Below, in pieces: positions 1-8,357 of a stretch of 64,000 nt of DNA (positions are counted from its first letter, which is position 1; every line of letters begins with the position of its first letter). The stretch comes from an uncultured Porphyromonadaceae bacterium (GTDB taxonomy: Bacteria; Bacteroidota; Bacteroidia; Bacteroidales; UBA12481). The translations under genes were made by a program, and so were the position numbers. The stretch lies in contig CAZJNQ010000005.1 in assembly GCA_964547475.1 (NCBI GenBank), positions 17,041 through 81,040 of the forward strand, written 5' to 3'. Below the pieces are notes generated by a model. It saw only the letters and a program-made list of their open reading frames with translations, was not told where the DNA came from and searched no databases.

Positions 1-3000
1 CGTTGCAATGATCTGCCCGATCGCGGGCGGGGTCAGCCCGTTAAAACTATAAGCCGTGATCGATTTCGAGCGGGATGCCTCTGTGATGACCACCACGTTG
101 GTGCTCGGGTTTGACCGGTTGAATGCGATATCCATGGCATAAGCATGGTAGTTGCCGGGGACCAGCTGGTAAACACTGATATTGACCGGAACGCCTGCCT
201 GCAGGACCAAACCCCTCGCTCCTTTCTTAGCCGCGATAGCCGCATTCATCTGCGTAGGTGTGGATTGAGGCTCGCCTTCCAGGATCAGGTATACCGTGCC
301 GCTGGGATCCGAACTGGTGACCGGCACAAAATGATTATTGGCATTGGAAATGGTCTGCGCATCCACGGACACGGTTGGCGCCAACTGATCGACCACGATG
401 ATCTTATTCGGACCGGGATCCGATTTATTCCCGGCTGCATCAATGGCATAGGTGATGTAGTTGCCATTGATCAGATTGAAAGTCGACAGCGGTATATCCA
501 CATTGGCGGCTGTGACAAAATGCGAACGTCCGACACCGGCAGCCACGGCTGCTTCAAGATCGGCAACAGTCGCCCGTACAGCCGTCTCCAGGATCATGTA
601 AACTTTCCCGGTCGCCTCATTGCTCCTGATCAATGCAAAGCTTCCGTCTACGTTCGATACGTTCTGGGCGGCATTGCTGACAATGGGTTTGGTCACATCC
701 GTCCCCTCGTAGATATTGACCGTATAGAGCTTGACACTAAGATCCTGCGCAACGACTTCATAGATCAGCGGAGTCCTGAAATCATTGATGGTGATACCGC
801 TCTGCTGAATCCCCAGGTTCTGGATCCTGACCACGGACAAGGGGGAATTGGTGAAGAATGCACGCAATGCGCCCCGGTTGGTGCCACTGGGAACCGTCCC
901 GGTTATGGTACGGGCAACCTGGTCAATGGTGCAAACCACGACGGGGTTCAGATCCTGGAAAGCAAAATAGGTGATATCCTTGGCGGAACTGGCCTGCGTC
1001 ATGGTTATCGTCACCGTGTATGCCACCATTGAGTTGTCCTCGGCGTAAACATTATAAATCACCGGATTGGTGAAATTGTTGACCGTGGTGCCGCTCACCT
1101 GCATAACATTGGCCACTTTAACCCTCGTGAGTTGTGAAGTCGTGGTAAAGGCAGCTACGAGAGCGGTGTTGCTGATTCCGAACGGCAGTTGTGCCGTAAT
1201 GGTTTTAGCTGCTTCATTGACCGTTGCCGTAATCGCCGGATTCAGATTCGGAAGGATAAATGTCAATATCTGCTTTAAGGTTTCAACGGTGTTATTGTTC
1301 ACGGATACTAAATAAGTGGTGGTAGAACCGTCTGCGGCCAGCAGGGTGTAGGTCCGGGGAGCGGTGAAATTGTTTTCGGTGGTACCGGACACCTGGGCCA
1401 CGCCTCCCAGCCAGGCGGACGTGCCAGCGGTAAGGGTAAAGCTTGCCGTTAAACTGGTTTTATCCTCTGAGAAAGGAACATTGACCACGATGGTCCGGTT
1501 GACATTGTTAACGGTACCTGCAACGCTGAAGTTAACATTGTCAACTCCACCCAGCGTGACCGTTCCTGCAAGGCTGAAAGTCAGGAATTGCTTGGCCGCC
1601 TCCGAAATGGTCACGATCACCGCATATTCCTGCGGGGTACCTCCGGCCTGGGCGGTAACCTGGTAGGCTACCGGCAGGGTGAAATCATTGGGAGTGGTTC
1701 CGCTTACCTGGGGCACTGCGCCCACTGTCACGGTGGCAAACAGGCTGGCCGTGAACGTGGCAATCAGGTTGGTCACATTGGTGCCATACGGCACAACCAG
1801 GCTGACCGTTTTGGTTGTTTCATTGATGATGCCTGCAACCGGCGGATTCAGGCCGTTGAAACTGAAAGACAGAAGGGCTTTCGCAGTGCTGGCGGGCGTA
1901 ACGTTAACAGTAACCACGTAATTCTGCGGCACACCGCTTTCAGAAACAACCACATAAGTTTGGGGCGTAGTGAAGTTATTGGCAGTGGTTCCGCTGACCT
2001 GGGGTATTCCGCCGATGTTGACCGTGGCATTGGGACTGACGGTGAATGTTGCCACCAGGGCGGTGCGATCCGTTCCGAAAGGTACGGTGAGAGTCACAGT
2101 ATGCGCAACTTCATTAATAGTCCCGATAACATCAGGATTCAGGGCATCGAACCTGAAGGTCAGAAGCTGCCTGCCCGTTGTCGCGGCACTTTTAACAACC
2201 GTGACTACATAGTCCTGCGTGCTCAAATTCTCGGCAGTAACCTTGTAGGTGACAGGAGCGGTAAAGTCATTCGGAGTGGTACCGCTCGTCTGAAGCACCG
2301 CTCCGACCTGGGCAATGGCCAGGGGAGACAAGATGAAAGTAGCAACCAGGTTTGTCACATTGGTGCTGTTGGGTACATAAACCGTTATGGTTTTCAAGGC
2401 TTCATTGATGACACCAATGGCATCAGGCTCCAGGGCGTTAAACCGGAAGCTGGTGATCTGCTTGGCGGTACTGGCTGTAGTCGCCTTTGTGACCGTTACG
2501 GTGTAAATCTCCTGCGATCCATCCTGGGCCTGGCAGATATAAGCCACCGGATTGGTGAAATTGTTGGGTGTGGCTCCGCTGGTTTGCTGAGCGGCGCCGA
2601 CCCAGACCGTTGCAAAGGTGCTTGCCGTAAATGTTGCAACCAGGGTCGTAACGTCCGCTGAAAAAGGAACGGTCAGCGCGATGGTCTTGGCCGTCTGATT
2701 GATCACGCCAATCACGTCTGGGTCAAATCCCACCGCGAAGCTAAAGGTCAGTATCTGGTTGGCCGTACTGGCAGGAGTGATGTTGACCGTAACGGTATAA
2801 GCGGCCGTGGCGCCGTTCTCCGCCCGGCAGGTGTAATTGACCGGGTTGGTGAAATTATTGGCAGTGACACCCGAGGTTTGCTGATTGGCGCCAATCCAGA
2901 CGGTGGACATAGAACTGCTGGTAAAAGTGGCAACCAGGTTGGTCACATCCGTTCCAAAAGGAACGGTCAGGGTGATCGTTCGGGGAGCCGCATTCTGGTT

Positions 3001-4035
3001 TATCACGGCTACGATATCCGGATCAAAGGCCTCGAATTTGAAACTGGTTATCTCGGTTTGTGCATTCGCATTGGCCTTGGTCACATGAACCAGGTAATCC
3101 TTGATCGCTCCGCTCTGGGAAGTGACCCGGTAGGTCACGTCATTGGTGAAATCATTCACCGTGGTACCGCTCACCTGCGGATTCCCGCCGATCGTAACGT
3201 TGGAAAAGGGCGAGTTCGTAAAGGTTGCCACCAGCGTCGTCACGTTGGTCGCAAAGGGCACCGTCAGGTTGATCGTCTGGTGCACTTGGTCAATGGTCCC
3301 GATCACATCCGGATCCAGGGCGTTGAAACTGAAGACTGTGATGTCGCACAGGGTGCTGGCCGGCGTTTTGGTGACGGTCACCTCATAATCCTGAAACAAG
3401 GTGCCGTTTTCGGCGGTCACCCGGTACACGACCATATTGGTGAAATTGTTTGGAGTCACTCCGCTGGTCTGCGGCGCTGCCCCGACCGTAACCGTTGCGT
3501 AATCCGATACCGTAAAGGTGGCCACCAGGTTCGTCACATCCGTCGTAAAAGGAACGGTTGCCGTTACCGTATGATTGACTTCGTTGATGGTCGCGATAAC
3601 ATCCGGTACCAGGGCATTGAAGCGAAAAGTAAGAAGCTGCCGCCCCGTCCTGGCTGCCGCTCTTTGAACTGTAACAGTATAATTCCTCGTGGAAAGGTTC
3701 TCGGCGGTGACGGTATATGCGACGGGATTGGTAAAATCATTGGGCGTAACCCCAGTAACCTGTACTACTGCCCCGACACTCACGGTGGATAAAGGTGAGC
3801 TGGTAAAAGCAGCTACCAGGTTTGTAACATTGGTTGAAAACGGGACAGTGACGGACACATTAAAAGTTCCCTGATTAATGATTCCCACTGCACCTTCAAT
3901 GGCTGGGAATGAAAAAGTCAACAGCTCTTTGGCCGATGACTGCGCCTGCAGGTTTCCGTTGGACAGGAAACCTGCTAAAATGACAGTAAGAACAACTGCC
4001 AAACGTTTTGATGGAAGAAAAACCGATTTCTTCAT
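1..4035 (-). CDS. Large secreted repeat-rich surface protein, N-terminal 1345 codons (gene continues beyond the left edge of the window)
   Basis: Absent from the supplied ORF track because it has no stop codon inside the window. The minus-strand ATG (cat at 4033-4035) is followed by MKKSVFLPSKRLAVVLTVILAGFLSNGNLQAQ, which looks like a signal peptide. The frame with codon low coordinate = 1 mod 3 was hand-translated at 1-180, 421-480, 1921-1980 and about 3600-4035 with no stop seen. None of the listed minus-strand ORFs in this region uses this frame. The body consists of repeats of the form LTFSF..(L)NP...G.I......I...VP.GT.VT.L.A.FT.S..ATV.VG...Q.SG.TPN(N/D)FTNPV.Y.VTA..G....Y.V.V. Two modules of a second type lie near 60-770 (..GNYITYAIDAAGNKS.., ..GNYHAYAMDIAFNRS..). 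Confidence 0.8.
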   Translation of the reverse strand, partial: MKKSVFLPSKRLAVVLTVILAGFLSNGNLQAQSSAKELLTFSFPAIEGAVGIINQGTFNVSVTVPFSTNVTNLVAAFTSSPLSTVSVGAVVQVTGVTPNDFTNPVAYTVTAENLSTRNYTVTVQRAAARTGRQLLTFRFNALVPDVIATINEVNHTVTATVPFTTDVTNLVATFTVSDYATVTVGAAPQTSGVTPNNFTNMVVYRVTAENGTLFQDYEVTVTKTPASTLCDITVFSFNALDPDVIGTIDQVHQTINLTVPFATNVTTLVATFTNSPFSNVTIGGNPQVSGTTVNDFTNDVTYRVTSQSGAIKDYLVHVTKANANAQTEITSFKFEAFDPDIVAVINQNAAPRTITLTVPFGTDVTNLVATFTSSSMSTVWIGANQQTSGVTANNFTNPVNYTCRAENGATAAYTVTVNITPASTANQILTFSFAVGFDPDVIGVINQTAKTIALTVPFSADVTTLVATFTASTFATVWVGAAQQTSGATPNNFTNPVAYICQAQDGSQEIYTVTVTKATTASTAKQITSFRFNALEPDAIGVINEALKTITVYVPNSTNVTNLVATFILSPLAIAQVGAVLQTSGTTPNDFTAPVTYKVTAENLSTQDYVVTVVKSAATTGRQLLTFRFDALNPDVIGTINEVAHTVTLTVPFGTDRTALVATFTVSPNATVNIGGIPQVSGTTANNFTTPQTYVVVSESGVPQNYVVTVNVTPASTAKALLSFSFNGLNPPVAGIINETTKTVSLVVPYGTNVTNLIATFTASLFATVTVGAVPQVSGTTPNDFTLPVAYQVTAQAGGTPQEYAVIVTISEAAKQFLTFSLAGTVTLGGVDNVNFSVAGTVNNVNRTIVVNVPFSEDKTSLTASFTLTAGTSAWLGGVAQVSGTTENNFTAPRTYTLLAADGSTTTYLVSVNNNTVETLKQILTFILPNLNPAITATVNEAAKTITAQLPFGISNTALVAAFTTTSQLTRVKVANVMQVSGTTVNNFTNPVIYNVYAEDNSMVAYTVTITMTQASSAKDITYFAFQDLNPVVVCTIDQVARTITGTVPSGTNRGALRAFFTNSPLSVVRIQNLGIQQSGITINDFRTPLIYEVVAQDLSVKLYTVNIYEGTDVTKPIVSNAAQNVSNVDGSFALIRSNEATGKVYMILETAVRATVADLEAAVAAGVGRSHFVTAANVDIPLSTFNLINGNYITYAIDAAGNKSDPGPNKIIVVDQLAPTVSVDAQTISNANNHFVPVTSSDPSGTVYLILEGEPQSTPTQMNAAIAAKKGARGLVLQAGVPVNISVYQLVPGNYHAYAMDIAFNRSNPSTNVVVITEASRSKSITAYSFNGLTPPAIGQIIAT
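775..3741 (-). repeat. Intragenic tandem coding repeat, 11 units, period 291-315 nt (97-105 aa)
   Basis: A conserved 12-mer, ggtgaaattgtt and variants (antisense of codons N-N/D-F-T), starts at 775, 1069, 1363, 1678, 1969, 2260, 2554, 2848, 3145, 3439 and 3730. The spacings are 294, 294, 315, 291, 291, 294, 294, 297, 294 and 291 nt, all multiples of 3. Confidence 0.85.
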
Positions 4036-4108
4036 GGTATAGTATTGGTTGTTTATACAAAATTAGCCTAAAATCAAGGTAAGGGAATGATGGTTATTTT
4101 TTCTTTTT

Positions 4109-4116
4109 CAAATATA
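4109..4116 (-). promoter_or_regulatory. Candidate Bacteroidota -7 promoter box (TAnnTTTG) for the giant repeat-protein gene
   Basis: The minus strand reads TATATTTG (plus strand caaatata), about 75 nt upstream of the ATG at 4035 in an AT-rich spacer. Confidence 0.45.
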
Positions 4117-4218
4117 GTTGCTTTTTTTTAATTACTTTTTCCAAATTATGGAGCATACAAGTAGGCTTGATTACTGGAATGAAATTTGCATAGAACCTAA
4201 ACTAAATTCATTAAAGTC

Positions 4219-4812
4219 ATGAGAAAAAGAAGGAATTTTTGGATAATTGTCCTGATCGTTGTAGTGGGTCTTCTGGCCTTGTCAGCCTTCCGCGGATATA
4301 ACGGGATGGTTTCCCGCAATGAAAAAGTGGGTGAACAATGGTCAAATGTCGAAAACCAGTACCAGCGAAGGGCCGACCTGATCCCGAACCTGGTGAGCAC
4401 GGTGAAGGGTTATGCCGATTTTGAAAAGAGCACCCTGACCGCGGTCATTGAAGCCCGTTCCAAGGCTACCCAGGTACAAATCAATCCTGATAAGCTGGAT
4501 GCCGAATCTCTCAAGCAATTCCAGGATGCACAGTCAGGTCTGGGCAGTGCCCTGTCGCGGCTGATGGTGGTCGTTGAACAATACCCGAACCTGAAAGCCA
4601 ACCAGAATTTCCTCGACCTGCAGTCGCAGCTGGAAGGGACCGAAAACCGGATCAACACGGCACGTATGAATTTCAATGAAACGGCAAGGGATTACAACAC
4701 CTTTATCCGGATGTTCCCGAGAAATATCTGGGCCGGGTTGTTCAATTTCGACAAAAAGCCCTACTTCGAAGCGGCAGAAGGCACCGACAAGGCTCCGGAA
4801 GTCAGATTCTGA
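4219..4812 (+). CDS. lemA: LemA family membrane protein
   Basis: 197 aa with an N-terminal TM helix. The motifs ..YNGMVSRNEKVGEQWSNVENQYQRRADLIPNLV..V.GYA.FE..TL..V..AR.. are typical of LemA. Two TPM-domain genes follow, which is the usual module. Confidence 0.85.
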   Translation: MRKRRNFWIIVLIVVVGLLALSAFRGYNGMVSRNEKVGEQWSNVENQYQRRADLIPNLVSTVKGYADFEKSTLTAVIEARSKATQVQINPDKLDAESLKQFQDAQSGLGSALSRLMVVVEQYPNLKANQNFLDLQSQLEGTENRINTARMNFNETARDYNTFIRMFPRNIWAGLFNFDKKPYFEAAEGTDKAPEVRF

Positions 4813-4816
4813 CGCA

Positions 4817-5254
4817 ATGAATGCGAAGAACTTCTTTTCGGAAAAGGATCGGACATCCATCCTTGCTGCAATAGCATCGGCAGAAAAAAACACTTCCGGT
4901 GAGATACGGGTCCATATTGAGAACTCGTTTAAAGGAGAGGTGCTTGACCAGGCCAGTTACATGTTCAAGAAACTGGGCATGCACAGGACCGCGCAGAGGA
5001 ATGGCGTCTTGATTTATCTGGCCTTGAAAAACAGGCAGTTCGCCGTTATCGGCGACGCCGGCATCAACAGCAAGGTGCCGGATGGATTCTGGGACGGTGT
5101 CAAAGACCTGATGTCGGGCCATTTTCGCGAAGCCAGGTTCACCGAGGGACTGGTTTCGGGCATTAATCTTGCCGGGATCATGCTCAAGGAGCATTTCCCG
5201 TGGCAGAGCCAGGATCAGAACGAACTACCGGACGAAATCTCATTTGGAAAATAA
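4817..5254 (+). CDS. TPM domain-containing protein (cytoplasmic-type partner of LemA)
   Basis: I start the gene at the ATG at 4817 (MNAKNFFSEKDRTSILAAIASAEKNTSGEIRVHIE...), 5 nt after the lemA stop. The 4676 start in the ORF track lies inside lemA in another frame. The sequence is TPM/DUF477-like (..NGVLIYLALKNRQFAVIGDAGI..). Confidence 0.7.
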   Translation: MNAKNFFSEKDRTSILAAIASAEKNTSGEIRVHIENSFKGEVLDQASYMFKKLGMHRTAQRNGVLIYLALKNRQFAVIGDAGINSKVPDGFWDGVKDLMSGHFREARFTEGLVSGINLAGIMLKEHFPWQSQDQNELPDEISFGK

Positions 5255-5264
5255 TTTTCTGACC

Positions 5265-6044
5265 ATGAAGAAATTGGCGGCCACCGGCCTGATTTTCTCG
5301 ATATTCATCATCGCACTTTTTGCCCAGGATTTTCCGGAACCGATGCAGCCGCCCAGGCTGGTCAATGACTTTGCCGGGCTCCTGCAACCGGATGAGGTTG
5401 ACCGGCTGAACCAGAAATTACTGGATTTCAATAACCGTACCTCAACCCAGATATACGTGGCCATAATCACCGACCTGCACGGATATGATCCTGCCGATTA
5501 TGCCATCCGTCTGGGCCAGAGATGGGGTATCGGGCAAAAAGACAAGGATAACGGCGTCATGATCCTGGTCAAGCCCAAAACCCCGGAACAAAAGGGACAG
5601 CTTTTCATCGCCGTGGGCCAGGGGCTCGAAGGAGTTCTGACGGATGCCCAGGCCAACCGGATTTCCGACCTAGTGATCATCCCGAAGTTTCAGGAGGGAG
5701 ACAATTACGGAGGCCTGGATGCCGGCGTTGACGTCATCATGGAAATAACAGCCGGGGAATATACCGCTGACAGCTACCTGAAGCAGGCCGGGTCCGCCAG
5801 GAAGGGAACCTCCCTCGTCGGGCTCATCGTGCTGATCGTCATACTTTCCATTCTGTTCGGTGGCGGCTCCCGGATGAACCGGCATAATTCCATGGGGCGC
5901 AGCAGCCTGCCTTTCTGGCTCCTGCTAGGAATGTTGGGTTCAGGAAGGAATGCCGGGTCCTTCGGAGGATTCTCATCAGGCGGCGGTTTCGGCGGTGGCG
6001 GAGGAGGGAGTTTCGGAGGTGGAGGAGCCGGCGGTAGCTGGTGA
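5265..6044 (+). CDS. TPM domain-containing protein, YgcG-like (signal peptide, C-terminal TM helix and Gly-rich tail)
   Basis: Starts at the ATG at 5265 (MKKLAATGLIFSIFIIALFAQ..). It carries the TPM motif ..VNDFAGLL...E...L...L..F...TS.QI.V... A TM segment (LVGLIVLIVILSILF) and a GGFGGGGGGSFGGGGAGGSW tail follow. Confidence 0.75.
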   Translation: MKKLAATGLIFSIFIIALFAQDFPEPMQPPRLVNDFAGLLQPDEVDRLNQKLLDFNNRTSTQIYVAIITDLHGYDPADYAIRLGQRWGIGQKDKDNGVMILVKPKTPEQKGQLFIAVGQGLEGVLTDAQANRISDLVIIPKFQEGDNYGGLDAGVDVIMEITAGEYTADSYLKQAGSARKGTSLVGLIVLIVILSILFGGGSRMNRHNSMGRSSLPFWLLLGMLGSGRNAGSFGGFSSGGGFGGGGGGSFGGGGAGGSW

Positions 6045-6046
6045 TC

Positions 6047-7507
6047 CTACCGGGCCAACCCCGCCAGGGCGGCCTGAGCCTCCCGGTTGATTCCCTCGCG
6101 GTAACCGAAATCATTAAGTTCCATGCAAAGCTTGAAATACTTTCGGGCCAGATCCGCCCGGCCCATTTCCCTGTACAGGTAACCCAGCTGTAAGGCACTG
6201 TTGGGCAACCAGTAGCTTTTAACTTGTTTCTTCTGCCCGATGACCTTAAGATACTGCTCGATCGCTTCGCGATAGAGTCCGGTCCGGTGATAACAACGGG
6301 CTTTCCGGTAAATCAGTTCAACCGCAGGCTCACCCTCCAGCCGCCTCCGGCTTTCGAGATCACAGCATCCTGCGAGGCAACGCTCGTAATATCCACCGTC
6401 AAAAAGCAACCTGAGCCTGATAAGATCCTGATCAGGAAGGGTTTGCGATTCGGCTTCCCTTACTGCCTGCTTATCGTAAACAGAATGCGCCTCGGGCAGG
6501 TTTCCGATTTTCCGGCAGAGGGTCAGCGACTCGTCCGCTTTCCCCTGGACCAGGTAGTGCCATGCCAGGCGGAGATGAGCCACGTGCCTGTAAGTCTCCC
6601 CTCCCGGTGAGGAAATAAAAGCGGTCAGCCATTGACCTGCCCGGGGATCCAGGCTGTTCAGGTAACAACGGCCGAGCTGGTAGTTCCAGGCAGGGAACAA
6701 TTTGCAGGATGGATCCGCGAACCCCCCTTCAAGCAACCGGATGGCCTCGTCATTGTATCCGGCTTTCAATGCCGCCAGTGCCGACTGGTACCTTACCAGC
6801 GGATTGCCCGGGTAACTGTCCCCTTCCTTTCTCACGAACTCCCAGGCTTTTGCAGGATCTCCCGAAAACTCCTTCAGCGAAGTCACCAGGAGCAGCCAGC
6901 CTTCCAGCCGGTCGGCCGATCCGGGCCTGGCCGTCCGGTAATAATTCTCCAGTTCGGCGAATGAACCCAGGTTTGCGGGCCTGACACCGGTCAGCTTAAC
7001 TATTTTCATGGCCTGGTCAGGTACCAGGCTGAACAAGATGCCCAGTATCCCCGTAAGCTTTTCCCGATCCGAGTTCCCAAGCATGCCGCCATTCCTGTTG
7101 ATTTCTTTACAAGCCCTGATCAAGGCAAGCGAAGAGGTTTTATAATCCGAAAACTGGCTGGCCAGCACGGCGCGGTAAATGCTGATCTCCACGGAGGTGG
7201 AAACACTCACGGAAGTTGAAGACCGATCCAGTTCCAGTTTTTTGAGCCAGTAATCGGCTTTGGAGTAATACCTGGCGTTTGATGATTCGGTCTGGTACAA
7301 CAGGCAGGAGAGAAAATCGCGCAGCGCCGCCATCCGGATATATTCCGGCGTTGTGGTGGACAGCCGGCCGGAGAGCAGGATATTGCCGGTCCGCTCATCC
7401 AGGTTAAGATAAGCCATCTTGATATCATCCGATGGGTTCCCCTCCTGGCTGAAGAGGGGAATCCTGACCAGGACAAAGAGTAACGCGATTATCAGGTATC
7501 GTGTCAT
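6047..7507 (-). CDS. Secreted tetratricopeptide-repeat-like protein of unknown function
   Basis: 486 aa with a signal peptide (MTRYLIIALLFVLVRIPLFSQ). The C-terminal half is helical and TPR-like (..YRKARCYHRTGLYREAIEQYLKV.., ..LGYLYREMGRADLARKYFKLC..). Confidence 0.55.
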   Translation of the reverse strand: MTRYLIIALLFVLVRIPLFSQEGNPSDDIKMAYLNLDERTGNILLSGRLSTTTPEYIRMAALRDFLSCLLYQTESSNARYYSKADYWLKKLELDRSSTSVSVSTSVEISIYRAVLASQFSDYKTSSLALIRACKEINRNGGMLGNSDREKLTGILGILFSLVPDQAMKIVKLTGVRPANLGSFAELENYYRTARPGSADRLEGWLLLVTSLKEFSGDPAKAWEFVRKEGDSYPGNPLVRYQSALAALKAGYNDEAIRLLEGGFADPSCKLFPAWNYQLGRCYLNSLDPRAGQWLTAFISSPGGETYRHVAHLRLAWHYLVQGKADESLTLCRKIGNLPEAHSVYDKQAVREAESQTLPDQDLIRLRLLFDGGYYERCLAGCCDLESRRRLEGEPAVELIYRKARCYHRTGLYREAIEQYLKVIGQKKQVKSYWLPNSALQLGYLYREMGRADLARKYFKLCMELNDFGYREGINREAQAALAGLAR

Positions 7508-7514
7508 GCTCCAT

Positions 7515-7543
7515 AAAAAAAGGCAATAGCCCGCGCTATTGCC
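7515..7543 (-). terminator. Rho-independent terminator after the zinc-ribbon (COG1579) gene
   Basis: The minus strand reads ggcaatagc-gcgg-gctattgcc followed by ttttttt, giving a 9-bp perfect stem. It lies 22 nt downstream of the stop at 7565. Confidence 0.75.
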
Positions 7544-7564
7544 CCAGACCTGTATATCGTCAAT

Positions 7565-8341
7565 CTATTCCGCAGCAGCGACTACTCCTGCAATTTCATT
7601 ATCGACCAGAATGCGGCCGCAATATTCACAAACGATGATTTTTTTCCTTGAGCCGATATCCAGCTGCCTTTGAGGCGGTATCCGGTTGAAACAACCACCG
7701 CAGGCATCGCGTTGAACGGTCACGACCGCCAATCCGTTGCGGGCATTTTTCCGGATCCTTTTGTAGGCCGAATGAAGGCGCTCATCTATCCGCGCGGAAA
7801 CCTGGGCCGACCGGGACAGCAGATTCTCCTCTTCGATCTGGGTTTCCGAAATAATCTCTTCCAACTCTTTTTTCTTGGCTTCCAGGTCCTTTTTCCGCTC
7901 TTCGTATCCTGTTCTGGAACTTTCCACCTGGGTTTGCTTCTCCTGCAGCCGGACAGCGAATTCTTTTATGCGTTTTTCGCAGAGCTGGATTTCCAACGAC
8001 TGAAATTCTATCTCCTTAGACAAGGAATCGAATTCCCGGTTATTCCGGACGTTGTTCTGCTGAGTCTCATACTTCTTGATCAGTACCTGTGCATCCGTGA
8101 TCTCCACCTTCTTTTTGGCTATTGCGCCCTCCAGCTCCTTGATCTCCTCTTCGTAATTCTGGATACGGGTTTCCAGGCCGGCCAGGTCGTCTTCAAGATC
8201 CTGTACCTCAAGCGGAAGCTCACCCCGCAGCGTCCTTATTTTATCAATCTCCGAATCAACCTGTTGCAATTCAAAAACATCCCTGAGTTTATCCTCAACA
8301 TTCTGCCCAGGATCCTTGGCGCCACTTTTTTGTGCTGTCAT
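7565..8341 (-). CDS. Zinc-ribbon/coiled-coil protein (COG1579, DUF164-like)
   Basis: 258 aa. A long Glu/Leu/Lys-rich coiled coil is followed by a C-terminal CGGC....(25)..CEYCGR zinc ribbon. It sits directly downstream of a Nif3-family gene, which is a common pairing. Confidence 0.75.
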   Translation of the reverse strand: MTAQKSGAKDPGQNVEDKLRDVFELQQVDSEIDKIRTLRGELPLEVQDLEDDLAGLETRIQNYEEEIKELEGAIAKKKVEITDAQVLIKKYETQQNNVRNNREFDSLSKEIEFQSLEIQLCEKRIKEFAVRLQEKQTQVESSRTGYEERKKDLEAKKKELEEIISETQIEEENLLSRSAQVSARIDERLHSAYKRIRKNARNGLAVVTVQRDACGGCFNRIPPQRQLDIGSRKKIIVCEYCGRILVDNEIAGVVAAAE

Positions 8342-8357
8342 ATATGGTCAGATAAGT

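Noticed and set aside
775-3741. A ~294-nt tandem DNA periodicity that could be mistaken for a satellite or a CRISPR-like array.
   Set aside because: All unit lengths are multiples of 3 and the units lie inside one open frame encoding protein-domain repeats. There is no repeat and unique-spacer architecture.
145-3874. Plus-strand ORFs 145-1032 (295 aa), 1588-2661 (357 aa) and 2878-3792 (304 aa). Also the periodic ~80-aa ORFs at 1067, 1364, 1679, 1970, 2885, 3143 and 3689.
   Set aside because: They are antisense shadows of the 1..4035 minus-strand repeat gene. Their translations are low-complexity (G/R/H/I-rich) with no signal or domain logic. Their ~294-nt periodicity simply mirrors the coding repeat on the other strand.
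4676-5264. The longer N-terminal extensions given by the ORF track for the two TPM genes (starts at 4676 and 5169).
   Set aside because: The extensions overlap the upstream genes in another frame and are Arg/Ser-rich junk. Internal ATGs at 4817 and 5265 give proper N-termini, and the second gives a signal peptide.
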